Shown in pieces: positions 31,937-40,830 of a stretch of DNA of 64,000 bases (positions within the stretch are counted from its first letter, which is position 1; the number at the start of each line of letters is the position of its first letter). Source of the stretch: Halieaceae bacterium (GTDB taxonomy: Bacteria > Pseudomonadota > Gammaproteobacteria > Pseudomonadales > Halieaceae); the NCBI GenBank assembly GCA_902613175.1, contig CACMGJ010000001.1, positions 37,569-101,568 of the forward strand. The letters run 5' to 3'. The translations under genes were made by a program, and so were the position numbers. The notes beneath the pieces were generated by a model. The model was not told where the DNA came from. It worked only from the letters and a program-made list of their open reading frames with translations, and made no database searches.

Positions 31937-33313
31937 GTGGATGAAACACTTTACATACCACCAAAGCCCCACTCGCTTCCAGCGGTTGTCGCTTTAATCC
32001 GCTCGCTTTGGAAGGGTGATGGCAACTTATTAGAGTTGTTACCTGCCGAGGCCTATCACTTTGAAGTGGGCCATCTAGGACGTTCACGCCGCGGCACCGT
32101 GCTCTTCAACCGGCCCTCAGCAGTGAAGGAGATCATGCGCGACGCCCAAGGCGTATTTCCCAAGAGTGACCTCATGGTCGGTGCCCTGGATCCACTCATT
32201 GGTGAAAGCATGTTTGTCACTGATGGACCGAAATGGCGTCGGCAACGCGCGATGATTGATCCCGCTTTCAGCCTGATGCGACTGAATGTGGCTTACGGTG
32301 CCATGTGCGCCGCGACCGATGATCATGTCGCCGCTATCGATCAGCTAGCTACTGACGACACGCCGTTTTCCCTTGACCTTGCGATGAGCCATCTCACAGC
32401 CGATGTGATCTGCAGGACGGTGTTCTCTACACCGTTAGCATCCGATGTCGCCAAGGAGGTATTTGACGATTTCACGCTCTTTGAGAAGTCTGTGGCGCAA
32501 GTCGATATTTTAGGGATGATCCTAAAACCTGCATGGTCTGAAACAAAACAAACGCCAGAGGTCCTCGCTGCCTGTAAGCGTATTCGTCATCACATTGGCG
32601 CACTCATCGATACTCATTTGGATGCAGAGGCCGGTGAGTACAACGACATTGCATCGGCAGTGATTGAAGCGAAAGACAAAGACACAGGTTTGCCGTTTAC
32701 CCGCGACGAGCTGATTGATCAGCTGGGTGTGTTCTTCCTTGCCGGCCATGAGACCACTGCGAGTGCGTTGACATGGGTTTTTTACATTGTGGCTGAGCGT
32801 CCCGATTGGCTTGCGCGGTTGCGAGAAGAAATCGATCCCCTGATGGGCGATGGGCAACTTACGTTCGAGGAGACCAAAAAACTGCCGTTGACGCGTGCAT
32901 TTTTCAAGGAAGCCTTGCGCCTTTATCCCCCGATCACTTTCGTACCGAGAGTGGCTTTGGAAAAAGTCGAAATCGAAGGCAAGAAGCTGCCGCGTGGTGC
33001 CTTAGTCATGATTGCCCCCTGGACGCTACAGCGGCACAGCAAGTACTGGGATGAACCTCATGCGTTTATTCCTGAGCGGTTCTTGCCTGAGAATGAGAAA
33101 ACGCTGAATACAGGCGCGTATATCCCGTTCGGGCAAGGGCCGCATATTTGCGTGGGTGCTGGCTTTGCTCAGGTGGAGAGCTTGCTTATCATGTCCCAGC
33201 TGATCAGCCGCTTTGACTTTGAACTACTTCCCGATCAGACCGTTGTCCCTGCGGCGCGTTTGACGACGAGGCCCGCGGAACAAGTCATGATACGAGTGCG
33301 GCATTGCTCGTAG
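31937..33313 (+). CDS. Cytochrome P450
   Basis: I-helix FFLAGHETTA, K-helix EALR, PERF, heme motif PFGQGPHICVG. GTG start. Confidence 0.95.
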   Translation: MDETLYIPPKPHSLPAVVALIRSLWKGDGNLLELLPAEAYHFEVGHLGRSRRGTVLFNRPSAVKEIMRDAQGVFPKSDLMVGALDPLIGESMFVTDGPKWRRQRAMIDPAFSLMRLNVAYGAMCAATDDHVAAIDQLATDDTPFSLDLAMSHLTADVICRTVFSTPLASDVAKEVFDDFTLFEKSVAQVDILGMILKPAWSETKQTPEVLAACKRIRHHIGALIDTHLDAEAGEYNDIASAVIEAKDKDTGLPFTRDELIDQLGVFFLAGHETTASALTWVFYIVAERPDWLARLREEIDPLMGDGQLTFEETKKLPLTRAFFKEALRLYPPITFVPRVALEKVEIEGKKLPRGALVMIAPWTLQRHSKYWDEPHAFIPERFLPENEKTLNTGAYIPFGQGPHICVGAGFAQVESLLIMSQLISRFDFELLPDQTVVPAARLTTRPAEQVMIRVRHCS

Positions 33314-33680
33314 GCTGTAACTCACTAAGGGCTCGGGTGAGCTTCTGATCAAACCGCTCCACTTGGCCCTCGCAGGCCATTAATGCTGACGTATCAAGCA
33401 GCGTACAAAGGTATCCATGGTCATCTTGTTTGATTACACAAGGAAGCGGGGTAGGGAGTTGAGCGATCATTTCATCAGAGATTTCATTGCGGTGAAGCCA
33501 CTCCACCTCGGGTCGATCCTCGCAATAGCTTCGCCATGCCCGTTTTCCGAACGGGTTTAAACCGTGTGTGATGTCGCAGAGAGCGCAGCTTCGTGTGCCC
33601 GTCAGCTTACTGACGGCGTAAGCCAGCTCGCCAACGACAGAGAGATCAGCATCGTAGATCGCCAGAATTCGTTCATGCAT
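33285..33680 (-). CDS. Conserved hypothetical protein with CxxC (thioredoxin/DCC-like)
   Basis: YDAD...SCALCDITHG...WLHRNE...LPCV. Co-oriented with, and 7 bp after, the upstream gene. Confidence 0.65.
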   Translation of the reverse strand: MHERILAIYDADLSVVGELAYAVSKLTGTRSCALCDITHGLNPFGKRAWRSYCEDRPEVEWLHRNEISDEMIAQLPTPLPCVIKQDDHGYLCTLLDTSALMACEGQVERFDQKLTRALSELQPTSNAALVS

Positions 33681-33687
33681 GCAGACG

Positions 33688-34575
33688 TTACGCGCGCCTT
33701 AATGTGTCAGATCGTAGGTCGGGACCGTCATGACTCCACCCAGGCGCCTTGAATATGTAGTTGACCTTATCTCGCCAGCGCTCTGCGCGTCGTACGTCCC
33801 GCCACATCGATCTGTATTCTCCAAAGGCCACCTTAAGCACTTTGTGAGTTTCAATATTTTTCGTGAGGCCGTATTTCACGGGCTCCTCAGGAATCTCCTC
33901 CGAGAATGTGCCAAATAAGCGATCCCAAATGATGAGCGTTGCACCGTGGTTTCGGTCCAGATAGCGCACATTAGAACCGTGGTGGACTCGGTGATGCGAC
34001 GGGGTGTTGAGGATAAATTCAATCCATCGAGGGAATTTGTAAAAGGCCTCGGTATGGAGCCAATACTGATAAATGAGACTGACGCTAAGCATGGTGACAA
34101 TCATGGCTGGGTGGTAGCCAAGCAGCGCCAACGGCACCCAGAAGGGGTATTTGAGGATGCGCTCGCCGACGCCCTGGCGTAACGCTGTTCCAAGGTTGTA
34201 GTACTGGGAACTGTGATGCGACACATGCCCCGCCCACAGGAGCCGAATTTCATGATTGCCTCTGTGAAAGCTGTAATAGGTGAGGTCGTCAAGGAAGAAC
34301 AATAGGACCCACCAATACCAACTGGTATCGATGACACCTTTAAGAGGGGAGACAGAGTAGGCGACAAACATGAGTGAAATCCCAAGAAACTTGGGGATGA
34401 GATCGACGAAAACGGTCAACAGCATGACTCGCATACTGGCCCAGAAGTCGACTGACTCGTAGTGTCGGGTATGGCTTCGGTAGGCCCAGATGACCTCGAT
34501 AAACAGTGCCCCAAAGAAAAAGGGCAGGGCCACCATGACCCAGTCGTCCTGCATTACCGCTAACACGTCATTCAT
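33688..34575 (-). CDS. Fatty acid hydroxylase/sterol desaturase family protein (alkylglycerol monooxygenase-like)
   Basis: His boxes YYSFHRGNH, WAGHVSHHSS, YWLHTE, TPSHHRVHH; WDRLFGTF; C-terminal PGW. Confidence 0.9.
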   Translation of the reverse strand: MNDVLAVMQDDWVMVALPFFFGALFIEVIWAYRSHTRHYESVDFWASMRVMLLTVFVDLIPKFLGISLMFVAYSVSPLKGVIDTSWYWWVLLFFLDDLTYYSFHRGNHEIRLLWAGHVSHHSSQYYNLGTALRQGVGERILKYPFWVPLALLGYHPAMIVTMLSVSLIYQYWLHTEAFYKFPRWIEFILNTPSHHRVHHGSNVRYLDRNHGATLIIWDRLFGTFSEEIPEEPVKYGLTKNIETHKVLKVAFGEYRSMWRDVRRAERWRDKVNYIFKAPGWSHDGPDLRSDTLRRA

Positions 34576-34725
34576 GATCTGTGCTCCCAGAGTGCCCGTG
34601 TGTTTGTTTTATAGGGCGTTTGCGATTGCATAGAGTGTAGCCGAATTATTAAAGTCACGGTGGTTAACAAGCGGTCGTTAATGACTGGCCGTCCCTACAA
34701 CAATAACGTTAACGAGGAGACCATC

Positions 34726-36009
34726 ATGGCAGACCTACTGGCAATGTCCGCAGACATCATCGATGGGCGTGTGGCACCCAACGAATTGGGCCCCTTAAAC
34801 CGCATTAACCATCAACTCTCCGAACTAGCCAACGACTTGGCCGTGGTCGAGGCATTTTCGCATTGCATTGTGTTCAAGACCGATGACGGTCTGGTGACGT
34901 TTGACACCTCAAATGAGCACGGTGGCAAAAAGTGTGTCAGCGCAATTCAGTCGTGGACACATGACCCTTTCAATACCGTTGTCTTTACGCATGGACATAT
35001 TGACCACGTGGGTGGCTGTGGCGCGTTTTGCGAGGCCTACGAGGGTCGTAAGCCGAGGATTGTGGGTCACGAGAACGTCGCCACGCGTTTTGATCGTTAT
35101 CGAATGACGAACGGCTATAACCATGTCATTAACGAGCGCCAGTTTGGGCAGTTCAAACGGCGGGGCTACGATCTCGCGGGAGCATCACACTTTTTACCAT
35201 TGGCAACGCCCAACCCCGACGTGACCTACAGTAAAAACTTAACGCTTTCTGTGGGCGGCCTGGAGATTGAATTGAATCATGCGCGGGGAGAGACCGACGA
35301 TCACACCTGGGCATGGATCCCCAAACACAAGGCGATTTGTGCTGGAGATTTCTTCATTTGGGCATTTCCCAATGCCGGCAACCCCCAAAAAGCGCAGCGC
35401 TATCCCAGAGAGTGGGCGGCTGCATTGCGGGATATGGCGTCACGCAATGCCGAGCTTTTCCTCCCAGCCCACGGGCTGCCCATTTACGGCAAGGACCGAA
35501 TCCGCAATGTGCTTAATGAGGTGGCTGAGGTACTGGAAACTATAGTGGAGCAAACCATTGATCTCATGAATCAGGCTGCGTCCCTTAACGATATTATCCA
35601 CTCGGTGTCCGTGAGATCAGAGCTTCTTAAGAAACCTTACTTGGGGCCCACTTATGACGAGCCAGAGTTCGTTGTGAGGAATATCTGGCGTCTTTATGGG
35701 GGGTGGTATGACGGTAATCCAGCACAGCTTAAGCCTGCCCGCGATGCGCTACTGGCGAGCGAACTGGCAAGTCTGTCAGGTGGCGCGTTGAAGCTGGCAC
35801 AACGTGCCCGCGAACTGGCCGAGACCGATGCGCGACTGGCGTGTCACCTGGCAGAATTTGCGATGCAGGCAGAGCCCGACAACAAGGCTGTCCATGCGCT
35901 GCGAGCCGAGGTTTATCAACGGCGTCGTGAGGGCGAGACGTCACTCATGGCCAAAGGTATCTTCGGCTCGGCCGCGAATCAGTCAAAGCAGCAGTCGGAT
36001 AGCGATTAG
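34726..36009 (+). CDS. Alkyl sulfatase-like metallo-beta-lactamase with dimerization domain
   Basis: THGHIDH, HARGETDDH, FPNAGNP, LPAHG, RLYGGWYDGNPA. GAGGAG RBS before ATG 34726. Confidence 0.88.
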   Translation: MADLLAMSADIIDGRVAPNELGPLNRINHQLSELANDLAVVEAFSHCIVFKTDDGLVTFDTSNEHGGKKCVSAIQSWTHDPFNTVVFTHGHIDHVGGCGAFCEAYEGRKPRIVGHENVATRFDRYRMTNGYNHVINERQFGQFKRRGYDLAGASHFLPLATPNPDVTYSKNLTLSVGGLEIELNHARGETDDHTWAWIPKHKAICAGDFFIWAFPNAGNPQKAQRYPREWAAALRDMASRNAELFLPAHGLPIYGKDRIRNVLNEVAEVLETIVEQTIDLMNQAASLNDIIHSVSVRSELLKKPYLGPTYDEPEFVVRNIWRLYGGWYDGNPAQLKPARDALLASELASLSGGALKLAQRARELAETDARLACHLAEFAMQAEPDNKAVHALRAEVYQRRREGETSLMAKGIFGSAANQSKQQSDSD

Positions 36010-37376
36010 GTTTGAGCGGGGCTCGCGGTTATCTGTCGACGCCAAGCGCCACCCTTCATGGACGCTGTGACAATGACGGTGTAGGCAAACATCCCACTGA
36101 CAGCGCCAATGAACACACCTGTCATACCCATATCCATGGGACCTAACAGAAGGAATGCAGTTCCTATCGCGACAATTGGACGTGCAATGAGTGCTGCCAC
36201 GGGGCCACGCATGGCACCCGCGCCCTGAGAGGCAAAGTAAAGTGCCCATCCGACCCCGTGTATGGCAAGGCACGGACCGACAATTTGAATGAACCCCTTG
36301 GCGGTCTCGTAGACCATTGGGTCATCAGTAAAGACAGGTATCCAGACGTGAGGGAAGATAGCGAGCAGAGTACCTATGACGCCCCCGAGAACAAACGACA
36401 TGCCTGCTCCCGTCCAGCCAATTTCTTCAGCGCGATCGGCATTGCGAGCACCAATGCTCATGCCGACTAACGATGTCATCGTCGCGCCGATGCCGAAGAT
36501 GAGCGACGACATTAAAAATTCGATACGCGAGCCAATCCCGTAGCCAGCTAAAGCCTCTTCACCGAACTGGCCTACCAGCCCGGTCAGCACCAAAATAGTG
36601 GTGACGGTTGAGATAGGCGACAGCGAGGCCGGAAGGGCGACGCGGCCAATGTCCTGAAAGTGATGCTGCCGTAGCTCGAGTCGCGAGAGCCGCAAATTAG
36701 CCGGTAGTTTAGCTTTCACTAGGCGTAGGAGGATGACCACCGCCATCACGGCACTGGTCGCAATGACGGATACCGCCGCACCAAATAAACCGAGCTTAGG
36801 AGAGCCAAAATATCCCAGCACTAAGGCGCCAGATAGCGGAACTTGTATGAGTGAGCCGACAATCATCATTCGAGCGGGATAGCGCATGTCGCCCAGGCTT
36901 CGAAAAATGGAGCTCGCAACCCCCATGATCCAAATAGTGACACTGCCACCAAACAGCATGGCGCTATAGGCAAATGCCAACTCAAGAATCTCGCCGGTCC
37001 CGCCCAAGAGGGATAGGAAAAACCGCCCAGAAATCAAAAATGCGATTAGTAAGACGATGGGTCCAAGAACAGCCAAGATAAGACCGTGCCACATCAGCTC
37101 CTCTGCACGTGCCTGATCTCCCGCGCCTAATGCTCGGGCGATGGCTGATGATACGGCGTTTCCTAAAGCACCAACCGACAACATTTGCATCAGCATCAGC
37201 ATTGGGAACACGAGGGCCATCGCAGCTAGCGGTGTACTGCCTAGCTGTCCGACATACCAGACCTCGGTCAGGCTGACAGTAGACTGCACAATAAACGCCA
37301 CACTGCTAGGTATGGATAGTTGCGTCAGCAGGGGAAGTGCAGGTGAAGTCAGGAGGTATTGCGTGCGTTGATCCAT
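36006..37376 (-). CDS. MATE family efflux transporter
   Basis: About 12 TM; LAAMALVFP, FRSLGDM..PA, ALAGYGIGSRIE, ASQGAG. Confidence 0.9.
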   Translation of the reverse strand: MDQRTQYLLTSPALPLLTQLSIPSSVAFIVQSTVSLTEVWYVGQLGSTPLAAMALVFPMLMLMQMLSVGALGNAVSSAIARALGAGDQARAEELMWHGLILAVLGPIVLLIAFLISGRFFLSLLGGTGEILELAFAYSAMLFGGSVTIWIMGVASSIFRSLGDMRYPARMMIVGSLIQVPLSGALVLGYFGSPKLGLFGAAVSVIATSAVMAVVILLRLVKAKLPANLRLSRLELRQHHFQDIGRVALPASLSPISTVTTILVLTGLVGQFGEEALAGYGIGSRIEFLMSSLIFGIGATMTSLVGMSIGARNADRAEEIGWTGAGMSFVLGGVIGTLLAIFPHVWIPVFTDDPMVYETAKGFIQIVGPCLAIHGVGWALYFASQGAGAMRGPVAALIARPIVAIGTAFLLLGPMDMGMTGVFIGAVSGMFAYTVIVTASMKGGAWRRQITASPAQT

Positions 37377-37611
37377 AGCGCACCATTACGGCGCATGTGG
37401 CGCGTTGGCACAAGTCTTTTCTGACCTGTCCAACCGAATTTCCTCTGGGCAAAAGCGCGATAGCAAGATGCGCCGATGTTATTCACTCAAGCGAACATCC
37501 CCGTAGATAAAAAAACATACTCAAAGTTCAATTTTCGCTGGTTTGTTGGTGCTAAGCGGGGCCGAGGACCTGCCCCAGCACCGCTTATTCGGCGGTCGTT
37601 AGACAGGGCTG

Positions 37612-38778
37612 TTAGCTGCCTAGATCGAAGGTTAGGCCGGCGTTCGCGACGAGTCGCTCGATCAGCTTCTCACCCATGGCGGGTGCAGGGGTGTAAACGC
37701 CTCCCGGTAGATCTGGGCAGTCGTGAACGATGCATAGCGCGCTCTCGGCAATCATTTTAGATGTCGAGCCATAGCCTGGGTCCATATCGCCGGTGACGGT
37801 CGCGTCGATGCGGCCTCCCTCGTCGTTTGTGCCGATAAACAGCACGTCATAGTGACCTGCCTCGCGGCTCTCCTTGGAGGGACCTTCGCCCGGCTTGGGG
37901 ACGTCATCGCCTTCTAGCGGGTTGCTGCTTGCTACCATCTTGGCCACCGCTGCGCCTTGTTCGCCTGGTCCCGTTACCATCATTTCGTCGTACTGAAAAT
38001 CTTCGCCGTAGAGGTGGTTCAGCATGGCATTAGAGCGGTGCACGTTTTTGGTGTTAATGGGTGCCATGATGAAAGGGGCGACCCATGAGCCGACGACTTC
38101 ATCCTCATACGGTTTGGCATCGGATGGCTGCTCGGGACCTTGAAAGCCATTAGCCAGTGAAAAGGGGTTAGCCAGAATTTTGATAAGGCCTGGATTAGTT
38201 TTAAGTGCAGCCATCGTAGCGCCTAGGGACGCCGCTGTACCGCCAGAGAACTCACCGTTCATAGCGCGAACGCGACCGCGGACGCGGGGCATGGGCTTAC
38301 CCGTCTGAGCTATGGCTGCTTTTTGAAGAAAGTACACACCCAAGTCAAAGGGAATCGAATCAAACCCACAGCTGTGAACAATGCGTGCGCCAGAGGCCTC
38401 CGCAGCTGCCTGATGCGATGTAATCATCTCGTGCATCCAGCCTGGCTCTCCTGAAAGGTCGACGTAGTGTGTCCCCTCTTCAGCACAGAGCTTAACCAGT
38501 TCGGATCCGTAAAGTTGGTAGGGGCCAACGGTTGTGCAGATACACCGCGCTCGTTTAACCATCGAACGCAGTGAGTCAGAGTCGCTGGCATCGGCAGTCA
38601 CGAGTGGTGTTGTGCTGGGTGCGCCTACTAAGTCTCTTACTTCGGCCAGCTTTGCTTCATTTCTGCCTGCCATGGCCCAGTTGGCGCCGTCGCCGTGGGT
38701 TTTTCCCATGTACTCCGCCACAAGGCGGCCAGTAAAGCCGCTTGCTCCGTAGATAATGACGTCAAATTCTCTGCTCAT
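37612..38778 (-). CDS. Saccharopine dehydrogenase-like / trans-acting enoyl reductase family oxidoreductase
   Basis: IYGASGFTG, AGRN, TTVGPY, YVDLSGE, CGFDSIPFD, SGGTAAS, DPGYGSTSKM. Confidence 0.88.
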   Translation of the reverse strand: MSREFDVIIYGASGFTGRLVAEYMGKTHGDGANWAMAGRNEAKLAEVRDLVGAPSTTPLVTADASDSDSLRSMVKRARCICTTVGPYQLYGSELVKLCAEEGTHYVDLSGEPGWMHEMITSHQAAAEASGARIVHSCGFDSIPFDLGVYFLQKAAIAQTGKPMPRVRGRVRAMNGEFSGGTAASLGATMAALKTNPGLIKILANPFSLANGFQGPEQPSDAKPYEDEVVGSWVAPFIMAPINTKNVHRSNAMLNHLYGEDFQYDEMMVTGPGEQGAAVAKMVASSNPLEGDDVPKPGEGPSKESREAGHYDVLFIGTNDEGGRIDATVTGDMDPGYGSTSKMIAESALCIVHDCPDLPGGVYTPAPAMGEKLIERLVANAGLTFDLGS

Positions 38779-39123
38779 ACCTGATTCCATTGGTGCATTA
38801 GTTGTTGTTTGCATGAATAGCTAAAACGCGACCGATGAGGCATCAAGTCGCAATGGGTCGTGAGTATACGGGGCTAGCAGCTAAATAACCTCAAACTCAA
38901 AAAACACGCGTTCTTTGGTGAGTTGATGACTACCGGGACCGCAAAAATAGTGATCTAGCCTCGTAAAATGAGACTTTATTCGCATTTTGCAAATCATATT
39001 GCAAAAAAATGGTGCCGGAATAAAACTTCTTGTTAGGGTCAAACCGTACGGATTCTAACGACGCGTATCGCGTGGCCGGTCGTAGGATAGACATAACGAG
39101 CAAATGAGGAGAGGCGTGCTCCC

Positions 39124-40830
39124 ATGAAACATTCCTTTATTGCATTGGTGTTGGTGTCGTTCATGTCAGCCTGTGGTGGCGGAGGCGGTGGAAGCTCACC
39201 CGCTGACCCCCCGGGCTCGGGCGGCGGCTCAGATTCCGGTGGTGGAAGTGGCGGAGGAGGGTTGACGGGACCAACAGAGCCGACGGCTGAGGACTATCGC
39301 GACGCAGCGCTTATACTCGATATTGGTACCTTTGGTGCCCGCTACAGCGATGTTGAATCCGTAGCAGAGAGTGGCGTTGATGCCTGGCTTGAGGAGCAGT
39401 TCACGATGCCCATCAGCCTGCACGAACCCATTGTTCGCCGTTATGGCGCACAGTACGGCTTTAATAATAAAGACAGTCCGATTCCCGTAGGGCAATTCCG
39501 GCGCTTTGCTTTTTTTGAGAATGCGCTAACGGCTCCCGACCAACTGAGACAAGTCACGGCCTATGCGCTAACTCAGCTATTTGTCGTATCTCAGACCGGT
39601 GTTCTGGGTAACAATCCGTTAGGTCTCTCCAATTACTACGACACGCTACTCACTCACAGTTTTGGCAATTACCGCGACCTGTTACGTGCCGTTACGCTTC
39701 ACCCGGCGATGGGCTTCTATCTTAGTCATGTCAATAATGCGAAGACCGACGAAGATGCGAATACTTTTCCCGACGAGAACTATGCACGTGAGGTCATGCA
39801 GCTCTTCACCATCGGGTTGTATGAGCTGAACCCTGACGGTACCCGGAAGTTGGATGCAGATGGTCAGCCCATTCCCACCTATGACAACACGGATATTCGG
39901 GAATTCTCCAAGATTTTCACTGGCCTCGCCTATGCGGGCGATGCTGGCCAGGAACCGCAGTTTGGCCGCAACAGAGCGGTTCTTCATCTGCCGATGGTGA
40001 TGTTCGACAACTACCACGAGCCCGGAGAAAAGTACTTGCTCAATGGATTTTTGGTGCCGGATGGGCAGACTGGTATTCAGGACATCGATGATGCGGTTGA
40101 TAATTTATTCAACCACCCTAACGTGGCGCCATTTGTCAGTAAGCAATTGATTCAAAGGCTAGTGACCTCAAACCCGTCGCCAGATTATGTGAGCCGTATT
40201 TCCGCTGTCTTTGCTGATAACGGCGATGGCGTTAGAGGTGATATGAAAGCTGTCATCCGAGCCATTCTTACGGACGTCGAGTTAGCCGAAGCTTCGCGCG
40301 TCAGAGAACCGTTTCGGCGGTTCCTCGCAGCCAACCGAGCGCTCAACGCCGCGCCCTCCGAGGGGACTGACATTGGTGTAACCGGCTTCTTTGCGCAAAA
40401 CGCAACGGGCCAGATGGTGTTAACCGCCCCCAGTGTCTTCAATTTTTACTCACCGTTTTATCGGCCGCAGGGCGGGCAGGGTTTGGTGGCCCCTGAAATG
40501 CAGATTACGACCGAAGACACAATCGTTGGAGTGACAAATTTGATGGCTCAAGTCCTCTACGGCGATCGTCCGATGCACAATCACTCGCAATTACCAGAGA
40601 TGCGACTGGATCTGACCTCAATGGTGAATCTTGCAGATGATAAGGAAGCGTTCCTCTTGCGCGTCGAGCGGTTGTTATTTGCCGGGACCATGAGTGAGCA
40701 CACGCGTTCTGTTATCTCTGGCGCGTGGGATGAGGCAGCAGGTTCTAGTCCCGCAGATAGGGTAAAACTGGCCTTGTATCTCGCGCTCAGTGCGCCTGAT
40801 CAGGCGGTAGCAGAGAGGAATGCACTATGA
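39124..40830 (+). CDS. DUF1800 family lipoprotein
   Basis: Lipobox MSAC then G/S linker. DQLRQ, FGNYRDLL..VTLHPAMG.YL, PDENYAREVMQLFTIG, LVTSNPSP, APSVFNFY. Confidence 0.9.
   Translation: MKHSFIALVLVSFMSACGGGGGGSSPADPPGSGGGSDSGGGSGGGGLTGPTEPTAEDYRDAALILDIGTFGARYSDVESVAESGVDAWLEEQFTMPISLHEPIVRRYGAQYGFNNKDSPIPVGQFRRFAFFENALTAPDQLRQVTAYALTQLFVVSQTGVLGNNPLGLSNYYDTLLTHSFGNYRDLLRAVTLHPAMGFYLSHVNNAKTDEDANTFPDENYAREVMQLFTIGLYELNPDGTRKLDADGQPIPTYDNTDIREFSKIFTGLAYAGDAGQEPQFGRNRAVLHLPMVMFDNYHEPGEKYLLNGFLVPDGQTGIQDIDDAVDNLFNHPNVAPFVSKQLIQRLVTSNPSPDYVSRISAVFADNGDGVRGDMKAVIRAILTDVELAEASRVREPFRRFLAANRALNAAPSEGTDIGVTGFFAQNATGQMVLTAPSVFNFYSPFYRPQGGQGLVAPEMQITTEDTIVGVTNLMAQVLYGDRPMHNHSQLPEMRLDLTSMVNLADDKEAFLLRVERLLFAGTMSEHTRSVISGAWDEAAGSSPADRVKLALYLALSAPDQAVAERNAL

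Noticed and set aside
39172-39262. GGC/GGT-rich low-complexity stretch
   Set aside because: It is explained by the Gly/Ser linker of the DUF1800 lipoprotein.
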